Origin: Alphaproteobacteria bacterium UBA3637
GTDB taxonomy: Bacteria > Pseudomonadota > Alphaproteobacteria > CAAHEQ01 > UBA3637
Direction: 5' to 3'
NCBI GenBank assembly: GCA_002373615.1
Contig: DFKU01000040.1
Location: 1-46,944 of the forward strand
Length of the DNA stretch: 46,944 nucleotides
Shown here: piece after piece, positions 27,498 to 37,059 of the stretch
Layout of the letters: each line of letters begins with the position of its first letter
How positions within the stretch are numbered: position 1 is the stretch's first letter
Program-made: the position numbers and the translations under genes
The notes under the pieces: model-generated
The model's input: only the letters and a program-made list of their open reading frames with translations
Told to the model about the DNA's origin: nothing
Database searches by the model: none

Positions 27498-27762
27498 TTT
27501 AATTTCCTTTCTGTTATTTAATAAAATTTGAAAGTTGACGAATTCATTATACACAATAAAAAACAAAAAAGCAAGCACTGTCATAAAAATGTCATAAATC
27601 TTCAAATGTGCTGAAAAATATGGCGTTTAAAGTTAGTCCTATTTTTCTTTAAAAATTTTTTTAAAAATATTTTTTATCAATTATGTCAATTTTATGACAC
27701 ATAAAAAACGGATTTAAAATTCTTTTCTTGACAGGGGGACCATTTTCGGGTACCATAGGGAT

Positions 27763-27913
27763 GCATTTTGATTTTGGTCAAAATGTCGGGTCTGAAAAAT
27801 CCGTACAATCTATCCGTCCAGAATCGGGCGGATGACCGCCCAATAAATTGAATAAGTGGTACTATGATTGTATAGTTTTTCAGCATCCGTCCACTAAAGC
27901 AGTGGATTTTTTT
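27763..27913 (+). ncRNA. orphan copy (type B1) of the structured leader RNA family; no downstream plus-strand gene
   Basis: Promoter is TTGACA at 27728-33, 17-nt spacer, TACCAT at 27751-56. Helices are GAAAAA/UUUUUC (27794-99 with 27876-81), UACAAUC/GAUUGUA (27804-10 with 27866-72), and the hairpin GGGCGG-AUGA-CCGCCC (27826-41). GGCGGAUG (27827-34) is complementary to CAUCCGUC (27884-91), which overlaps the terminator UCCAC-uaaagca-GUGGA plus U7 (27890-913). Confidence 0.6.
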
Positions 27914-27997
27914 AATGGCACATATGGGCGGTGCTGGCTGAATAAATTGAATAGGTCAGAGGTTTTTAATAGGACTAATACATTGAACGCCGCCCGC

Positions 27998-28222
27998 CTA
28001 ATTCACTTCTTTAAAATCCACATCAATCACATCATGGGCGTGAATCGGGTGATGACGCGTACGGTGTTTGCGAACGCGCGTTCTTATGTGGCCTTTCAGG
28101 CGTCTTAGTGCCCCCAATAAAACAGCGATAATTAAAATTGGAATGGCCACATACCATAGCGTCAAAAACATGAACATCAAAAATAAAGCCGATAAAATGA
28201 TGGAAAAAAGCTGGTAAATCAT
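27998..28222 (-). CDS. small membrane protein (hypothetical)
   Basis: 74 aa with two hydrophobic helices and a basic/His-rich tail. Its start overlaps the mutS stop by 4 nt, which suggests translational coupling. Confidence 0.55.
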   Translation of the reverse strand: MIYQLFSIILSALFLMFMFLTLWYVAIPILIIAVLLGALRRLKGHIRTRVRKHRTRHHPIHAHDVIDVDFKEVN

Positions 28223-30813
28223 TCAAGTTCCCCCTTTAAGCGATACAAAACATCCAAGGCTTCCCGTGGCGATAAAGAATCCACATTCAAGGCTTTCAAT
28301 TCTTTTTCAACAGAGCTTTCTTTTGGCTTTACCTGTTCTTCCACCGCCGAAAACAAAGGCAAATCATCAAACAAAGGCTTTTGATGGGCCTTCTTTTCCT
28401 CTAATTCATTCAGGACTTGTTCTGCCCGTGTCAGCACCGATTCCGGCATCCCTGCCAAGCGCGCCACATGAATCCCATAGGAACGATTCGCAACCCCCTC
28501 ACCCACTTCGTGCAGAAAGACGACATCGCCTTGCCATTCCTTAATGCGCATAGTATGCATGGAAACACGCGATAACTTTTTCCCCAGAGCTGTCAATTCG
28601 TGATAGTGGGTGGCAAACAAAGCCCGCGCCCTGTTATGATTATGCAGATATTCCACCGTTGCCCAGGCGATAGAAAGGCCATCAAAGGTGGCTGTGCCAC
28701 GTCCCACTTCATCCAAAATCACCAAAGATTTATCCGTGGCGCCGTTCAAAATACTGGCAACTTCCACCATTTCAATCATAAAGGTAGACCGTCCACGCGC
28801 CAAGTCATCACTGGCCCCCACACGGGAGTACAGGCGATCCACTAAGCCAATGGTGGCGCTTTCCGCCGGCACATAGGACCCCATTTGCGCCAACACAGCA
28901 ATCAAGGCATTTTGACGCAAAAAGGTACTTTTCCCCGCCATATTGGGCCCCGTCAAAAGCCAAAGATTATTTTGTTCATTCAAATTACAATCATTTGGGA
29001 TAAAGTCCGTATGGGATTTGGATAAAGCATCCTCCACCACCGGATGACGCCCACCCCGAATATCAAATTCTTTATCCAAGGTCAATGTGGGGCGCACCCA
29101 ATTTTTTTGACTGGCTAAATGCGCCAAGCTGGATACCACATCCAAGCATGCCAAAGCCCGCGCCGCCTGTAAAATTTCAGTACTGGCGGACACAATCTTT
29201 TGACGTAAGGCTTCATATAATTCCAATTCCAACTTTAAGGCTTTGTCATCGGCATTTAAAATTTTTGTTTCCAATTCAGACAATTCCACCGTTGTAAAAC
29301 GTACGCAATTCACCATTGTTTGGCGATGGATAAAGCCCATTTCTTTATTTGTCAGCAAGGGCTCAGAAAAGCGTGTAGGCACTTCCACATAATAGCCCAA
29401 TAAATTATTAAAGGTCACTTTTAAATTTTGAATATTTGTCTGGGCAACATACTTTGCCTGTAAATCCATCACCATTTTTTTGGCGTTTTGGCGAATATTT
29501 TTTAATTCATCCAAGGGTGCATTATAGCCCGCTTGAATGAATCCGCCATCACGTGCAAGTAAGGGAACTTCCTTTTCATCATTCACCAAAGCGCGCCTGA
29601 TTTCTTCCACCAAGGCGGAATGTTCCCCCATCAAATCCCGTGTTTGTTGCAACGCTTGGGGCATATAATCCCCCACCAGATGTGTGCGCAAATTCGGCAC
29701 ATAGCCCAAGCCACGGGCTATCGCCAACATATCCCTGGGCCCCCCACGCCCCACCGCCAAGCGTGTCAGGCATCTTTCGATATCGGGCACTTCCTTTAAA
29801 ATCGTATGAATTTCATTTAAAACCAAGGGGTTATCTTTAAAGAAGTTCACTTGATCCAACCTGGCATTGATTAAATCCAAATCCATCAAAGGGGAAGCCA
29901 ACCATGTGGAAAGCAACCGTGCCCCTGCCCCTGTCACTGTTTCATCTAAAACAGAGAGTAAACTTTTTGCCCCCTTTTCATCGGATAAAGGCGCTGTCAA
30001 TTCCAAGGACCTGCGGGTTGCTGCGTCAATTTGCATCAGCTGAATTTCGTTCACTTGTTGCGGGGCAGATAAAATAGGCGCTTCCCCTTTTTGGGTTTCA
30101 GCCAAATACCGATGAATGACCCCGATAGCGATATTTTCTGCCTTGGAAAAAGCGGTGTACTTTTGCAGAATGTCGGCATATAAAAGGGCGGAAAAATCAC
30201 TGGCCGGCAATTCCGTCAATTGCCCAAAGGAATTGTCCCACAGATGAGGAAAACGGGTGGTGAAATCCTCCTGAACCAACACCTCTGAGGCTTGCAGGCG
30301 TGCCATCACCGAGGGCAGTGTTTCAGGGGTGGCATTTTGCACATAAAAATCCCCTGTGGACATATCCGCCCACGCCACACCAAATCCCATTCCTGTTTCG
30401 GAAATCGCTGCCAAATAGTTGTGCTGACGGGCACTTAATAAATTTTCATCTGTTAAAGTCCCTGCCGTTACAATACGAATCACTTCGCGGCGTACCACCG
30501 CTTTATAGCCCCGTTTTCTGGCCTCAGCCGGATCTTCCATTTGTTCACAAATAGCGACCTTATGCCCCGCCTTTACCAAACGCACCAAGTAATTTTCATA
30601 GGCATGAAACGGCACACCACACATAGGAATGGGTTGCCCTAAGTGCTTACCCCGATAGGTCAAGACGATATCCAATGCGCGTGAGGCCACAAAAGCATCC
30701 CCAAAAAACAGTTCATAAAAATCCCCCATGCGATAAAAAAGCAAGCAATCAGGATACTCAGCTTTTATTTTTAAATATTGTTCTACGGATGGTGTTGTTT
30801 TATCTGTTGACAT
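28219..30813 (-). CDS. mutS: DNA mismatch repair protein MutS
   Basis: [12 protein letters not shown] terminus and [13 protein letters not shown] Walker A. I moved the start to the ATG at 30813 ([17 protein letters not shown]). Confidence 0.95.
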   Translation of the reverse strand: MSTDKTTPSVEQYLKIKAEYPDCLLFYRMGDFYELFFGDAFVASRALDIVLTYRGKHLGQPIPMCGVPFHAYENYLVRLVKAGHKVAICEQMEDPAEARKRGYKAVVRREVIRIVTAGTLTDENLLSARQHNYLAAISETGMGFGVAWADMSTGDFYVQNATPETLPSVMARLQASEVLVQEDFTTRFPHLWDNSFGQLTELPASDFSALLYADILQKYTAFSKAENIAIGVIHRYLAETQKGEAPILSAPQQVNEIQLMQIDAATRRSLELTAPLSDEKGAKSLLSVLDETVTGAGARLLSTWLASPLMDLDLINARLDQVNFFKDNPLVLNEIHTILKEVPDIERCLTRLAVGRGGPRDMLAIARGLGYVPNLRTHLVGDYMPQALQQTRDLMGEHSALVEEIRRALVNDEKEVPLLARDGGFIQAGYNAPLDELKNIRQNAKKMVMDLQAKYVAQTNIQNLKVTFNNLLGYYVEVPTRFSEPLLTNKEMGFIHRQTMVNCVRFTTVELSELETKILNADDKALKLELELYEALRQKIVSASTEILQAARALACLDVVSSLAHLASQKNWVRPTLTLDKEFDIRGGRHPVVEDALSKSHTDFIPNDCNLNEQNNLWLLTGPNMAGKSTFLRQNALIAVLAQMGSYVPAESATIGLVDRLYSRVGASDDLARGRSTFMIEMVEVASILNGATDKSLVILDEVGRGTATFDGLSIAWATVEYLHNHNRARALFATHYHELTALGKKLSRVSMHTMRIKEWQGDVVFLHEVGEGVANRSYGIHVARLAGMPESVLTRAEQVLNELEEKKAHQKPLFDDLPLFSAVEEQVKPKESSVEKELKALNVDSLSPREALDVLYRLKGELE

Positions 30814-30855
30814 TTTTTTCTTTCCTTTTTTAATAAAAAGCATTATACTAAAATC

Positions 30856-32238
30856 ATGAAAAAAAAGAAAGTAAAAATCTTTAATCATTTTGGAAAATTG
30901 GCCGCACGGACTTTGATTATCAACATTCCGGCGTTGCTGATTTTACTGATTTTATTGTTGTTAAAGAAATTGACCTGGATTTCTGCCAGTATTTCACTTT
31001 TTTCTTTTTGGACAATCAGCGCTATTATCATTTTCTTTGTTTTTAAGGACTTGGATAATTTTATTGCTTATTTAAAAAATGCTTCACAAAATTTGGATGT
31101 GGAACTCCCCCGATTCCGCAAAGGCTTTTTTTCTTCGGCCAGATTGGCCAACACATTCCAAAGCCTGCAAAACGCATGGCAACAAAAAACGCAAACAGGG
31201 GTTCATATTTTGGAAAATTTACCAGATCCGCTTTTAATGGTGAATGAAAAAGAAATGGTTGTTTTTGCAAATAATTCCGCTCGTAAAATTTGGTCAGAAG
31301 CTGCTGTCGATTTTAATGTCAGTGTGTTGTTTTCGGATCTGCATTTTACAAAAGCTTTTCAAGAATTGGTTCATAAGAAGACTCCAAAAGCCACCATTGA
31401 ATGGCAAACAACTTTAAACCAAAAGACATCTTATTATTTGGTCCAGATGGAACGCCTGCCATCCGCCAGCTTTTTGGAGGCCCTTTATGTGGTTGTTTTG
31501 CATGACATTACCCCATTCAAAGCCTTTAAGCAGCGTCAGGCCGATTTTTTTGCGAATGCCAGCCATGAACTCAAAACACCTTTAGCTATTTTATCAGGTG
31601 TCATTGAAACTCTACAAGGCCCCGCCAGAGATGATACAAACGCCCGTGAAAAGTTTTTAAATTTAATGGCAGAACAAACAAATCATATGAATGAATTGGT
31701 TCAAAATTTATTGAAGTTGGCCCATATGCAACAAGAAAAACTCCCTATCACTGAGCCTGTTTTGGTGGGAGAATTATTAACGGGACTGGTAAATGATTTT
31801 CAAATACGCGCCGAAAAAGCAGGAAAAGAAATTATTTTGGAAAAAGAAAACTTGCCCCGTTTGATGGCCGGACGCGCCGATTTGTACCATGTTTTTCAAA
31901 ACTTACTGGATAACGCTTTAAAGTATGGGCAAGAAAAATCCCCTATTACTATCAAGGCTTTTTTAAAAAACACCCCGCAAAAAGATTTTTCTTTGTTCGA
32001 TAAAAATGAATGGATTGTTGTCAGTATTCATAATTTTGGGAAAGCTTTGACCACCGAGGAACAAGAAAAGATTTTTGACCGTTTTTATCGCGTTAACTCC
32101 ACCCAAAAAGTGGAAGGAACAGGCTTGGGGTTAAGTATTGTTCAACACCTGGTCCAAAAGTATGATGGCACTGTGGAAGTCATCAGCTCTCCAGAATCAG
32201 GGACAACTTTCACGGTTTCTTTTCCCTTGGAATTTTAA
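30856..32238 (+). CDS. two-component sensor histidine kinase (PhoR-like architecture), no adjacent response regulator
   Basis: Two transmembrane helices, a PAS-like segment, the H-box [13 protein letters not shown], and N/G boxes ([19 protein letters not shown]). Confidence 0.85.
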   Translation: MKKKKVKIFNHFGKLAARTLIINIPALLILLILLLLKKLTWISASISLFSFWTISAIIIFFVFKDLDNFIAYLKNASQNLDVELPRFRKGFFSSARLANTFQSLQNAWQQKTQTGVHILENLPDPLLMVNEKEMVVFANNSARKIWSEAAVDFNVSVLFSDLHFTKAFQELVHKKTPKATIEWQTTLNQKTSYYLVQMERLPSASFLEALYVVVLHDITPFKAFKQRQADFFANASHELKTPLAILSGVIETLQGPARDDTNAREKFLNLMAEQTNHMNELVQNLLKLAHMQQEKLPITEPVLVGELLTGLVNDFQIRAEKAGKEIILEKENLPRLMAGRADLYHVFQNLLDNALKYGQEKSPITIKAFLKNTPQKDFSLFDKNEWIVVSIHNFGKALTTEEQEKIFDRFYRVNSTQKVEGTGLGLSIVQHLVQKYDGTVEVISSPESGTTFTVSFPLEF

Positions 32239-32543
32239 TTGCTCACTAAAAACTCTTTTAACAGCTTCACTATTTCTTCTTGCATGGCCTGAGGAAGTGA
32301 GCCGATTTTTTTCGTTAAATGCTCTTTTGCCATAGGACGCATTAAATCCAAAGCAATTTGTCCCATTTGTCCTTTTAATTTTACCCCTACACGGCAAGGA
32401 AAGTTATGCTTCACGTTCGTAATTGGGGCAATCAAAACATAGGGAAGTAGCTCGTTCATTTCATTTGGAGACAAAACAATACAAGGCTTTTCACCCCCCC
32501 GAATTTCACACATAAAAACATCAAATTTTTTTACCATTCCCAT
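32235..32543 (-). CDS. mazF: MazF/PemK-family type II toxin (mRNA interferase)
   Basis: 102 aa with PCIVLSP...LIAPITN...IALDLMRPMAKEHL, the typical PemK pattern. It overlaps the antitoxin gene. Confidence 0.8.
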   Translation of the reverse strand: MGMVKKFDVFMCEIRGGEKPCIVLSPNEMNELLPYVLIAPITNVKHNFPCRVGVKLKGQMGQIALDLMRPMAKEHLTKKIGSLPQAMQEEIVKLLKEFLVSN

Positions 32544-32749
32544 TCTCCTTCTGCTTTTACGGGATGCGCTTGCACCTCATCCGCCAATAATTCCTTCCAC
32601 CCCAAACGTGGTTTGACCAGTGGTGTAATGACAACAGCCCCTTGACGTACATTTAAATTCAGTTCTTCCTTAAAACCACATTCTTCAATGATTGCTTTTG
32701 GGAAACGTACCCCAAAAGAATTGCCAATTTTGATCAGCTTTGTTTTCAT
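32531..32749 (-). CDS. mazE: AbrB/MazE/SpoVT-family antitoxin
   Basis: 72 aa with the IKIGNSFGVRFPKAII swapped-hairpin motif. Confidence 0.8.
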   Translation of the reverse strand: MKTKLIKIGNSFGVRFPKAIIEECGFKEELNLNVRQGAVVITPLVKPRLGWKELLADEVQAHPVKAEGEWEW

Positions 32750-34077
32750 GCATTTCCTCCTTTTATCACTTCAGCCAGCACCATGTACAGACGCCCCACA
32801 TCTGATCCAACCAGTACGCCCAATAGCGGACTATCGCTCAAATTTTCTTTTGCCTCATAAGTCATTTGTTCAAAGGCTTGCATATAATGATTCACTGTAC
32901 TTTGAAAAGCTATGTTTTCACGATAAAGTTTGCGTATTTTTTCCGCCTTTGTGGCACGGATTTCTGACCTTAGATGACGCATAAAGACAGCTTTGTCCCC
33001 TTTGTAATACCGTTTCCAAAGTTCTTCTTCATTTTTGGGGCTGAATAAGTGTGCCAATTCCACCGAAAATTGTTGTAATTGCCCTACAATAGAACTGGCC
33101 TCAACCAATAAATCATGACTTTGTTTTTCCTTCAAATTCAAATGCTTTTCCAAGGCCTCTGTATGAGCATTTAACCCTTGTGCCACAACTGACATATCCC
33201 CTTGCATTTGATTTAAAACACTTTGTAAAGAACGGGCCCGATTTTCCACTTGATCCCCCATCAGAGCCACTTCCTTGTTTGTTTTTTCCGCCTGCGCTTG
33301 AACCTCTTTTAGTGAATCATATTGTGATAAAGTTTTTTCTAATCGTTCAGTATTTTCCGATAAAGCCTTTACCATCTGTGCAGAATTTTCTTCCGATGTT
33401 AAAATTTGCTGACGCGCCGTTTCCAAAGCATGTGCCAAATTTTGAATTTCCAAGATTTGAGCATTTAATTCTTTTGAAAAAGTTGCCATGATTGCATTCG
33501 TTTTGCGCGTAATATCATTTAAAATATCTGCCTGCCCCGCCAAAAGAGTTGTTGTTTGTGAGGATTGTTGATTGCTTTGATGGGTAATTTCAGCCAACTT
33601 TTCAATGTGGCCAGCCATTTTTTGAACAGCCCCCACCGTTTGAGTGTCCACCGTTTTTACTAATTTATTTAAGCCTTCAATCCACCGTTGTAAGTTTTCT
33701 TTGACTGTATCCGTATGTTCTGTGACCCCCGTATAGAGTGACCGGAATTCCTTGATTTGTTTAGCTAAATGAGCCGTCAATTCTTTTGTATAAACAGCCC
33801 CCTCTTCCGATGGGTAAATCAATTCTTCCATAAAAGAATGAATCTTTTTAGCTTCCCGCTCAATCCGCTCAGATCGATCAAAATAAGAAGCCACCAAAAA
33901 GAGGACAACCAAAGGCATAGCCAATCCCCCTAGCCCTCCAACAACTTCCATAGGAGAAAGGTTTCCTCTTGTTTGCCACCATCCCGAAACTTGTAAATAA
34001 TTGATTACAAATCCAATCCATATGAAAGCAATTAACCAAAAGAAAAGAATTCCTTTTTTAAAAAATATTTTTTGCAT
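32746..34077 (-). CDS. membrane-anchored coiled-coil protein (hypothetical)
   Basis: 443 aa with two N-terminal transmembrane helices followed by long heptad-rich Q/E/K/L regions. Its stop overlaps the mazE start by 4 nt. Confidence 0.65.
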   Translation of the reverse strand: MQKIFFKKGILFFWLIAFIWIGFVINYLQVSGWWQTRGNLSPMEVVGGLGGLAMPLVVLFLVASYFDRSERIEREAKKIHSFMEELIYPSEEGAVYTKELTAHLAKQIKEFRSLYTGVTEHTDTVKENLQRWIEGLNKLVKTVDTQTVGAVQKMAGHIEKLAEITHQSNQQSSQTTTLLAGQADILNDITRKTNAIMATFSKELNAQILEIQNLAHALETARQQILTSEENSAQMVKALSENTERLEKTLSQYDSLKEVQAQAEKTNKEVALMGDQVENRARSLQSVLNQMQGDMSVVAQGLNAHTEALEKHLNLKEKQSHDLLVEASSIVGQLQQFSVELAHLFSPKNEEELWKRYYKGDKAVFMRHLRSEIRATKAEKIRKLYRENIAFQSTVNHYMQAFEQMTYEAKENLSDSPLLGVLVGSDVGRLYMVLAEVIKGGNA

Positions 34078-34103
34078 AGAACCTCCTTTTGTCCAAAAGG
34101 ATA

Positions 34104-34327
34104 CACAAAGTAATTACTTTTGTCAAGAGTGTAATTACTTTGTAATTTTATTTTTTACTTTTTTGTTTTCTTAAAATCAGTAATTACAAAGTAATATTCC
34201 ATAAAAAAATCGTACTTATTTTGTAATTACATTATTATTAATTCTTTTTAAATTACGAGAGAGATTACCTATAATATAGATATAAGTATTTTATTTTTAA
34301 CAATTTTTGTAAGTAATTACTTTGTAA
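34104..34327. promoter_or_regulatory. array of GTAATTAC palindromes (operator- or iteron-like)
   Basis: GTAATTAC occurs at 34110, 34131, 34180, 34223 and 34313. The exact 15-mer GTAATTACTTTGTAA occurs at 34131 and 34313, and a near-inverted copy at 34180. The first site is embedded in CACAAAGTAATTACTTTTGTC. Confidence 0.55.
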
Positions 34328-35171
34328 GTACTTTATCTAAATCCGGTTTTTCCAAATAGGTTGTTTCTGCGGGCATTTGGTGTTTAAACCACGTTCTTTG
34401 GCGTTTTGCATAGTGACGGGTTGCTATTAAAATATTTTTCGAAGCAGTCGGCAAATCACATCTTTTTTCAATAAAATCAGTAAGTTCCTTTACACCTATC
34501 GCATTTATTACACCACCTGTGGCCGAGCTGGACAACAATTCTTGTACTTCCCCCACAATATTTTTCCCCAGCATTTGAATCAAACGCATTTCAATTTTGC
34601 CGTACAATTCTTCCCTATGAGGCAATATGACAAATGTTTTAAAATCAACATCCAAAAATTTTTGTTTTGGAAGATTTTTAAAATATTCAATAGGATGTCC
34701 CGTTTCCAACAGAACCTCTAAGGCTCGCCGTTGACGTTGAATATCCAGAGGAACTTCTTCTTCCCCTAATTTACGCACAACTATTTGAGCCGGCATAGAG
34801 CGCACACGATTCCGCACTTCGGGGCTAATCTCTGGCATAGGACTGATTCCTTCCATTAAAACAGAAAGGTAAAGTCCTGTTCCCCCAACCACAATCGGGT
34901 GTTCTATTTTAGAAATAACCTCAGCGGCCTTTTTTACCCATCCTGCCGCATCTTCTTGGTCGTTATTCCCCATGTAGCCATACAGGTGATGAGGAATCCC
35001 CCGCATTTCATCTTGAGTAGGACGCGCCGTTAAAGCTTGCAATCCTGAATACACTTGAAAAGCATCAGCGTTCACAATTTCCCCACCGATTTTTTCCGCT
35101 AAATCTAGAGCCAGGCCAGATTTTCCGCTGGCTGTTGGCCCTGCAATAATATATACTTGTTTTTTTGTCAT
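34317..35171 (-). CDS. miaA: tRNA dimethylallyltransferase
   Basis: P-loop GPTASGKS. I moved the start to the ATG at 35171 (MTKKQVYIIAGPT). Confidence 0.92.
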   Translation of the reverse strand: MTKKQVYIIAGPTASGKSGLALDLAEKIGGEIVNADAFQVYSGLQALTARPTQDEMRGIPHHLYGYMGNNDQEDAAGWVKKAAEVISKIEHPIVVGGTGLYLSVLMEGISPMPEISPEVRNRVRSMPAQIVVRKLGEEEVPLDIQRQRRALEVLLETGHPIEYFKNLPKQKFLDVDFKTFVILPHREELYGKIEMRLIQMLGKNIVGEVQELLSSSATGGVINAIGVKELTDFIEKRCDLPTASKNILIATRHYAKRQRTWFKHQMPAETTYLEKPDLDKVLTK

Positions 35172-35262
35172 AGAACGATTATAGCATAAAAAAAGATTTT
35201 TTGCATCCTTTTTCTTGTTTTTTTTACAACTTTTTGATAAAATAAGACTGAATGGAGGCACC

Positions 35263-35739
35263 ATGAAAAAATTCTTTTTATCAGCTTTAATATTTATCAC
35301 AGGGTGTGGTTTTTCCCCTCTTTACCAAGAGGTCACGACTGAAAGTGGTGCTGTTCCTGTCACTGTTGCTCCTATCCCTGATCAATATGGATTTGCTATG
35401 CATCAGATTATTCAAAATAAACTAGGAAATTCAAAGGATGATCAATATATTCTAACGGTGTCTGCCCCCACCTTTCATTCGTGGGACCAAACCATTGATG
35501 ACAAGAATTTTGCAACGATGATGGGCATTACAGGAACAGTTAATTACCGTTTGACAGAAAAAAAGACCCGTAAAGATATTTTGAATACCTCCACCAGTTT
35601 GACCAGCTCTTATGCTGTTGTAAAGGATCCATATGCAACAACCATTGCCGAAAGAAAAGCTAAAAAAGATTTATCGGAACAATTAGCTGAACAAGTCAGT
35701 TTGCATGCTTTAGGCACTTTAGCGGGGGTACGCGATTGA
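35263..35739 (+). CDS. lptE: LPS-assembly lipoprotein LptE
   Basis: Lipobox ITGCGFSPLY. The conserved lptE-holA pairing supports the call. I moved the start to the ATG at 35263. Confidence 0.75.
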   Translation: MKKFFLSALIFITGCGFSPLYQEVTTESGAVPVTVAPIPDQYGFAMHQIIQNKLGNSKDDQYILTVSAPTFHSWDQTIDDKNFATMMGITGTVNYRLTEKKTRKDILNTSTSLTSSYAVVKDPYATTIAERKAKKDLSEQLAEQVSLHALGTLAGVRD

Positions 35740-36740
35740 AGGCAAAACCTTACCAAATAGAGGCTTTAAAACAGCGCCTTCAAAAAGAATTTAAGGCCGC
35801 CCTTGTTTTTGGAACTGATGCCAGTGGTGTTCAAGAAATTTCTAAGCAAATTCAAAGCATTGTGATTCCAGAGGCAGGACCTTTTTCTGTTATTTCTTTG
35901 ACTCCAGCCGATTTAAAAACCACCCCCAATCGTGTTTTAGAAGAAGCCAATACGCCTGATTTAATGGGGGGAAGACGGTTGATTTGGCTGAAAGAAGCAA
36001 CCGCCCAACATGCCAATATCATGTCTGATTTTATTGAAAAATGCCAGACGGATGCTTTTTTGTTGATGACAGCCGAAAACCTGACGAAGTCCGCGGCTTT
36101 ACGGGTTGAATCAGAAACAAGTCCCACTATTTTAGTGATTGCCTGCTATCCCCCAGAGGTGGCTGATTTACGCCGAATTATTATGGATTTTTCCCGCACC
36201 CACGGCTTTGATTTTGCACCAGAAGCGATGGATTACCTGATTCAAAATACTGATAATAACACTTTGATTTTAAAGAACGAACTGGATAAAATTGCTCTCT
36301 GGAATCAAGATAAAAAGTACCTGACTTTGGATTTGGTACAACAGTTGGTGGGGACGGGAACGGTGAATGTGGATACCTTGATTCAGGCAGTGGCCAACCG
36401 GCAAACGGAAAGGATGCTTTCCTCTCTTACTGCCTTGTTGGCGCAAGGCGAAAATCCTGTGACCTTAGTACGTTTGATTGCACGTTATTTTTCAAATTTA
36501 TTAAAAGGCGTTGATAAACTGGCCCATGGGGAAACCACCGCCGATGTCGCCAAAAAGATTTTAAAGCCTGCTCAATTTCGCTTGGAAGAAGCTGTGATGG
36601 AACAATTGCGCACATGGACAAAGGCCAATTTATTAAAGGCACATCACGATTTATTAAATGCCGAAATTCAAATGAAATCGGGCGTTTTGGATCCAGAACT
36701 CATTTTGAAGCAAACACTTTTAATGCAGACAAAAAAATAA
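35736..36740 (+). CDS. holA: DNA polymerase III delta subunit
   Basis: 334 aa with a TTG start overlapping the lptE stop (TTGA). Size and synteny with lptE support the call. Confidence 0.75.
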   Translation: MKAKPYQIEALKQRLQKEFKAALVFGTDASGVQEISKQIQSIVIPEAGPFSVISLTPADLKTTPNRVLEEANTPDLMGGRRLIWLKEATAQHANIMSDFIEKCQTDAFLLMTAENLTKSAALRVESETSPTILVIACYPPEVADLRRIIMDFSRTHGFDFAPEAMDYLIQNTDNNTLILKNELDKIALWNQDKKYLTLDLVQQLVGTGTVNVDTLIQAVANRQTERMLSSLTALLAQGENPVTLVRLIARYFSNLLKGVDKLAHGETTADVAKKILKPAQFRLEEAVMEQLRTWTKANLLKAHHDLLNAEIQMKSGVLDPELILKQTLLMQTKK

Positions 36741-36779
36741 TTCTTGTTTTTTATAAAAATTTTATTTACAATGTTTTTG

Positions 36780-37045
36780 AATTTGGGGAAACCTGAATTC
36801 TGAGTGCCTGAAAAGGTGCAAGAGAGTTGTCGCAGACTCAATGTCACGGGTGAGTGACACCTGCCCCAAAAGGTGCGTGTGTTTTAAATAATCCTTTGGA
36901 TTTGCTCACCTATTTTTTCCCGACATGGTCGGGGGCCTTTGGTGCATGTTCAGGGGGAAACCCTAAAGACCATTGGAATCATTGTGACATTTGATTGCGA
37001 ACTCTCCGGCCACCTGAAATTCAGGTGGTGTTTAAACAATAAAAA
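36780..37045 (+). promoter_or_regulatory. long 5' leader of pilin-like paralog 3 (composite; contains repeat remnants and a terminal hairpin)
   Basis: Promoter is TTGTTT at 36744-49, 17-nt spacer, TACAAT at 36767-72. ACCUGAAUU (36791-99) is perfectly complementary to AAUUCAGGU (37018-26), which is the 3' half of the hairpin CCACCUGA-aau-UCAGGUGG (37010-28). There is an internal hairpin CCCGAC-aug-GUCGGG (36919-33). The motif CAAAAGGUGC occurs twice. Confidence 0.4.
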
Positions 37046-37059
37046 ATTGGAGTAATAAA

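Noticed and set aside
26247-27605. Long N-terminal extensions given by the ORF track for the FadL-like gene (also mutS 30888, miaA 35300, lptE 35215, ftsW 14973, ftsL 20900)
   Set aside because: In each case an internal ATG with a good RBS gives the conserved N terminus (signal peptide or P-loop). This also avoids overlap with the neighbouring gene or promoter.
27848-28108. 86-aa plus-strand ORF downstream of the orphan leader
   Set aside because: It starts inside the leader RNA, crosses the terminator and overlaps the convergent small membrane protein gene. It has no RBS.
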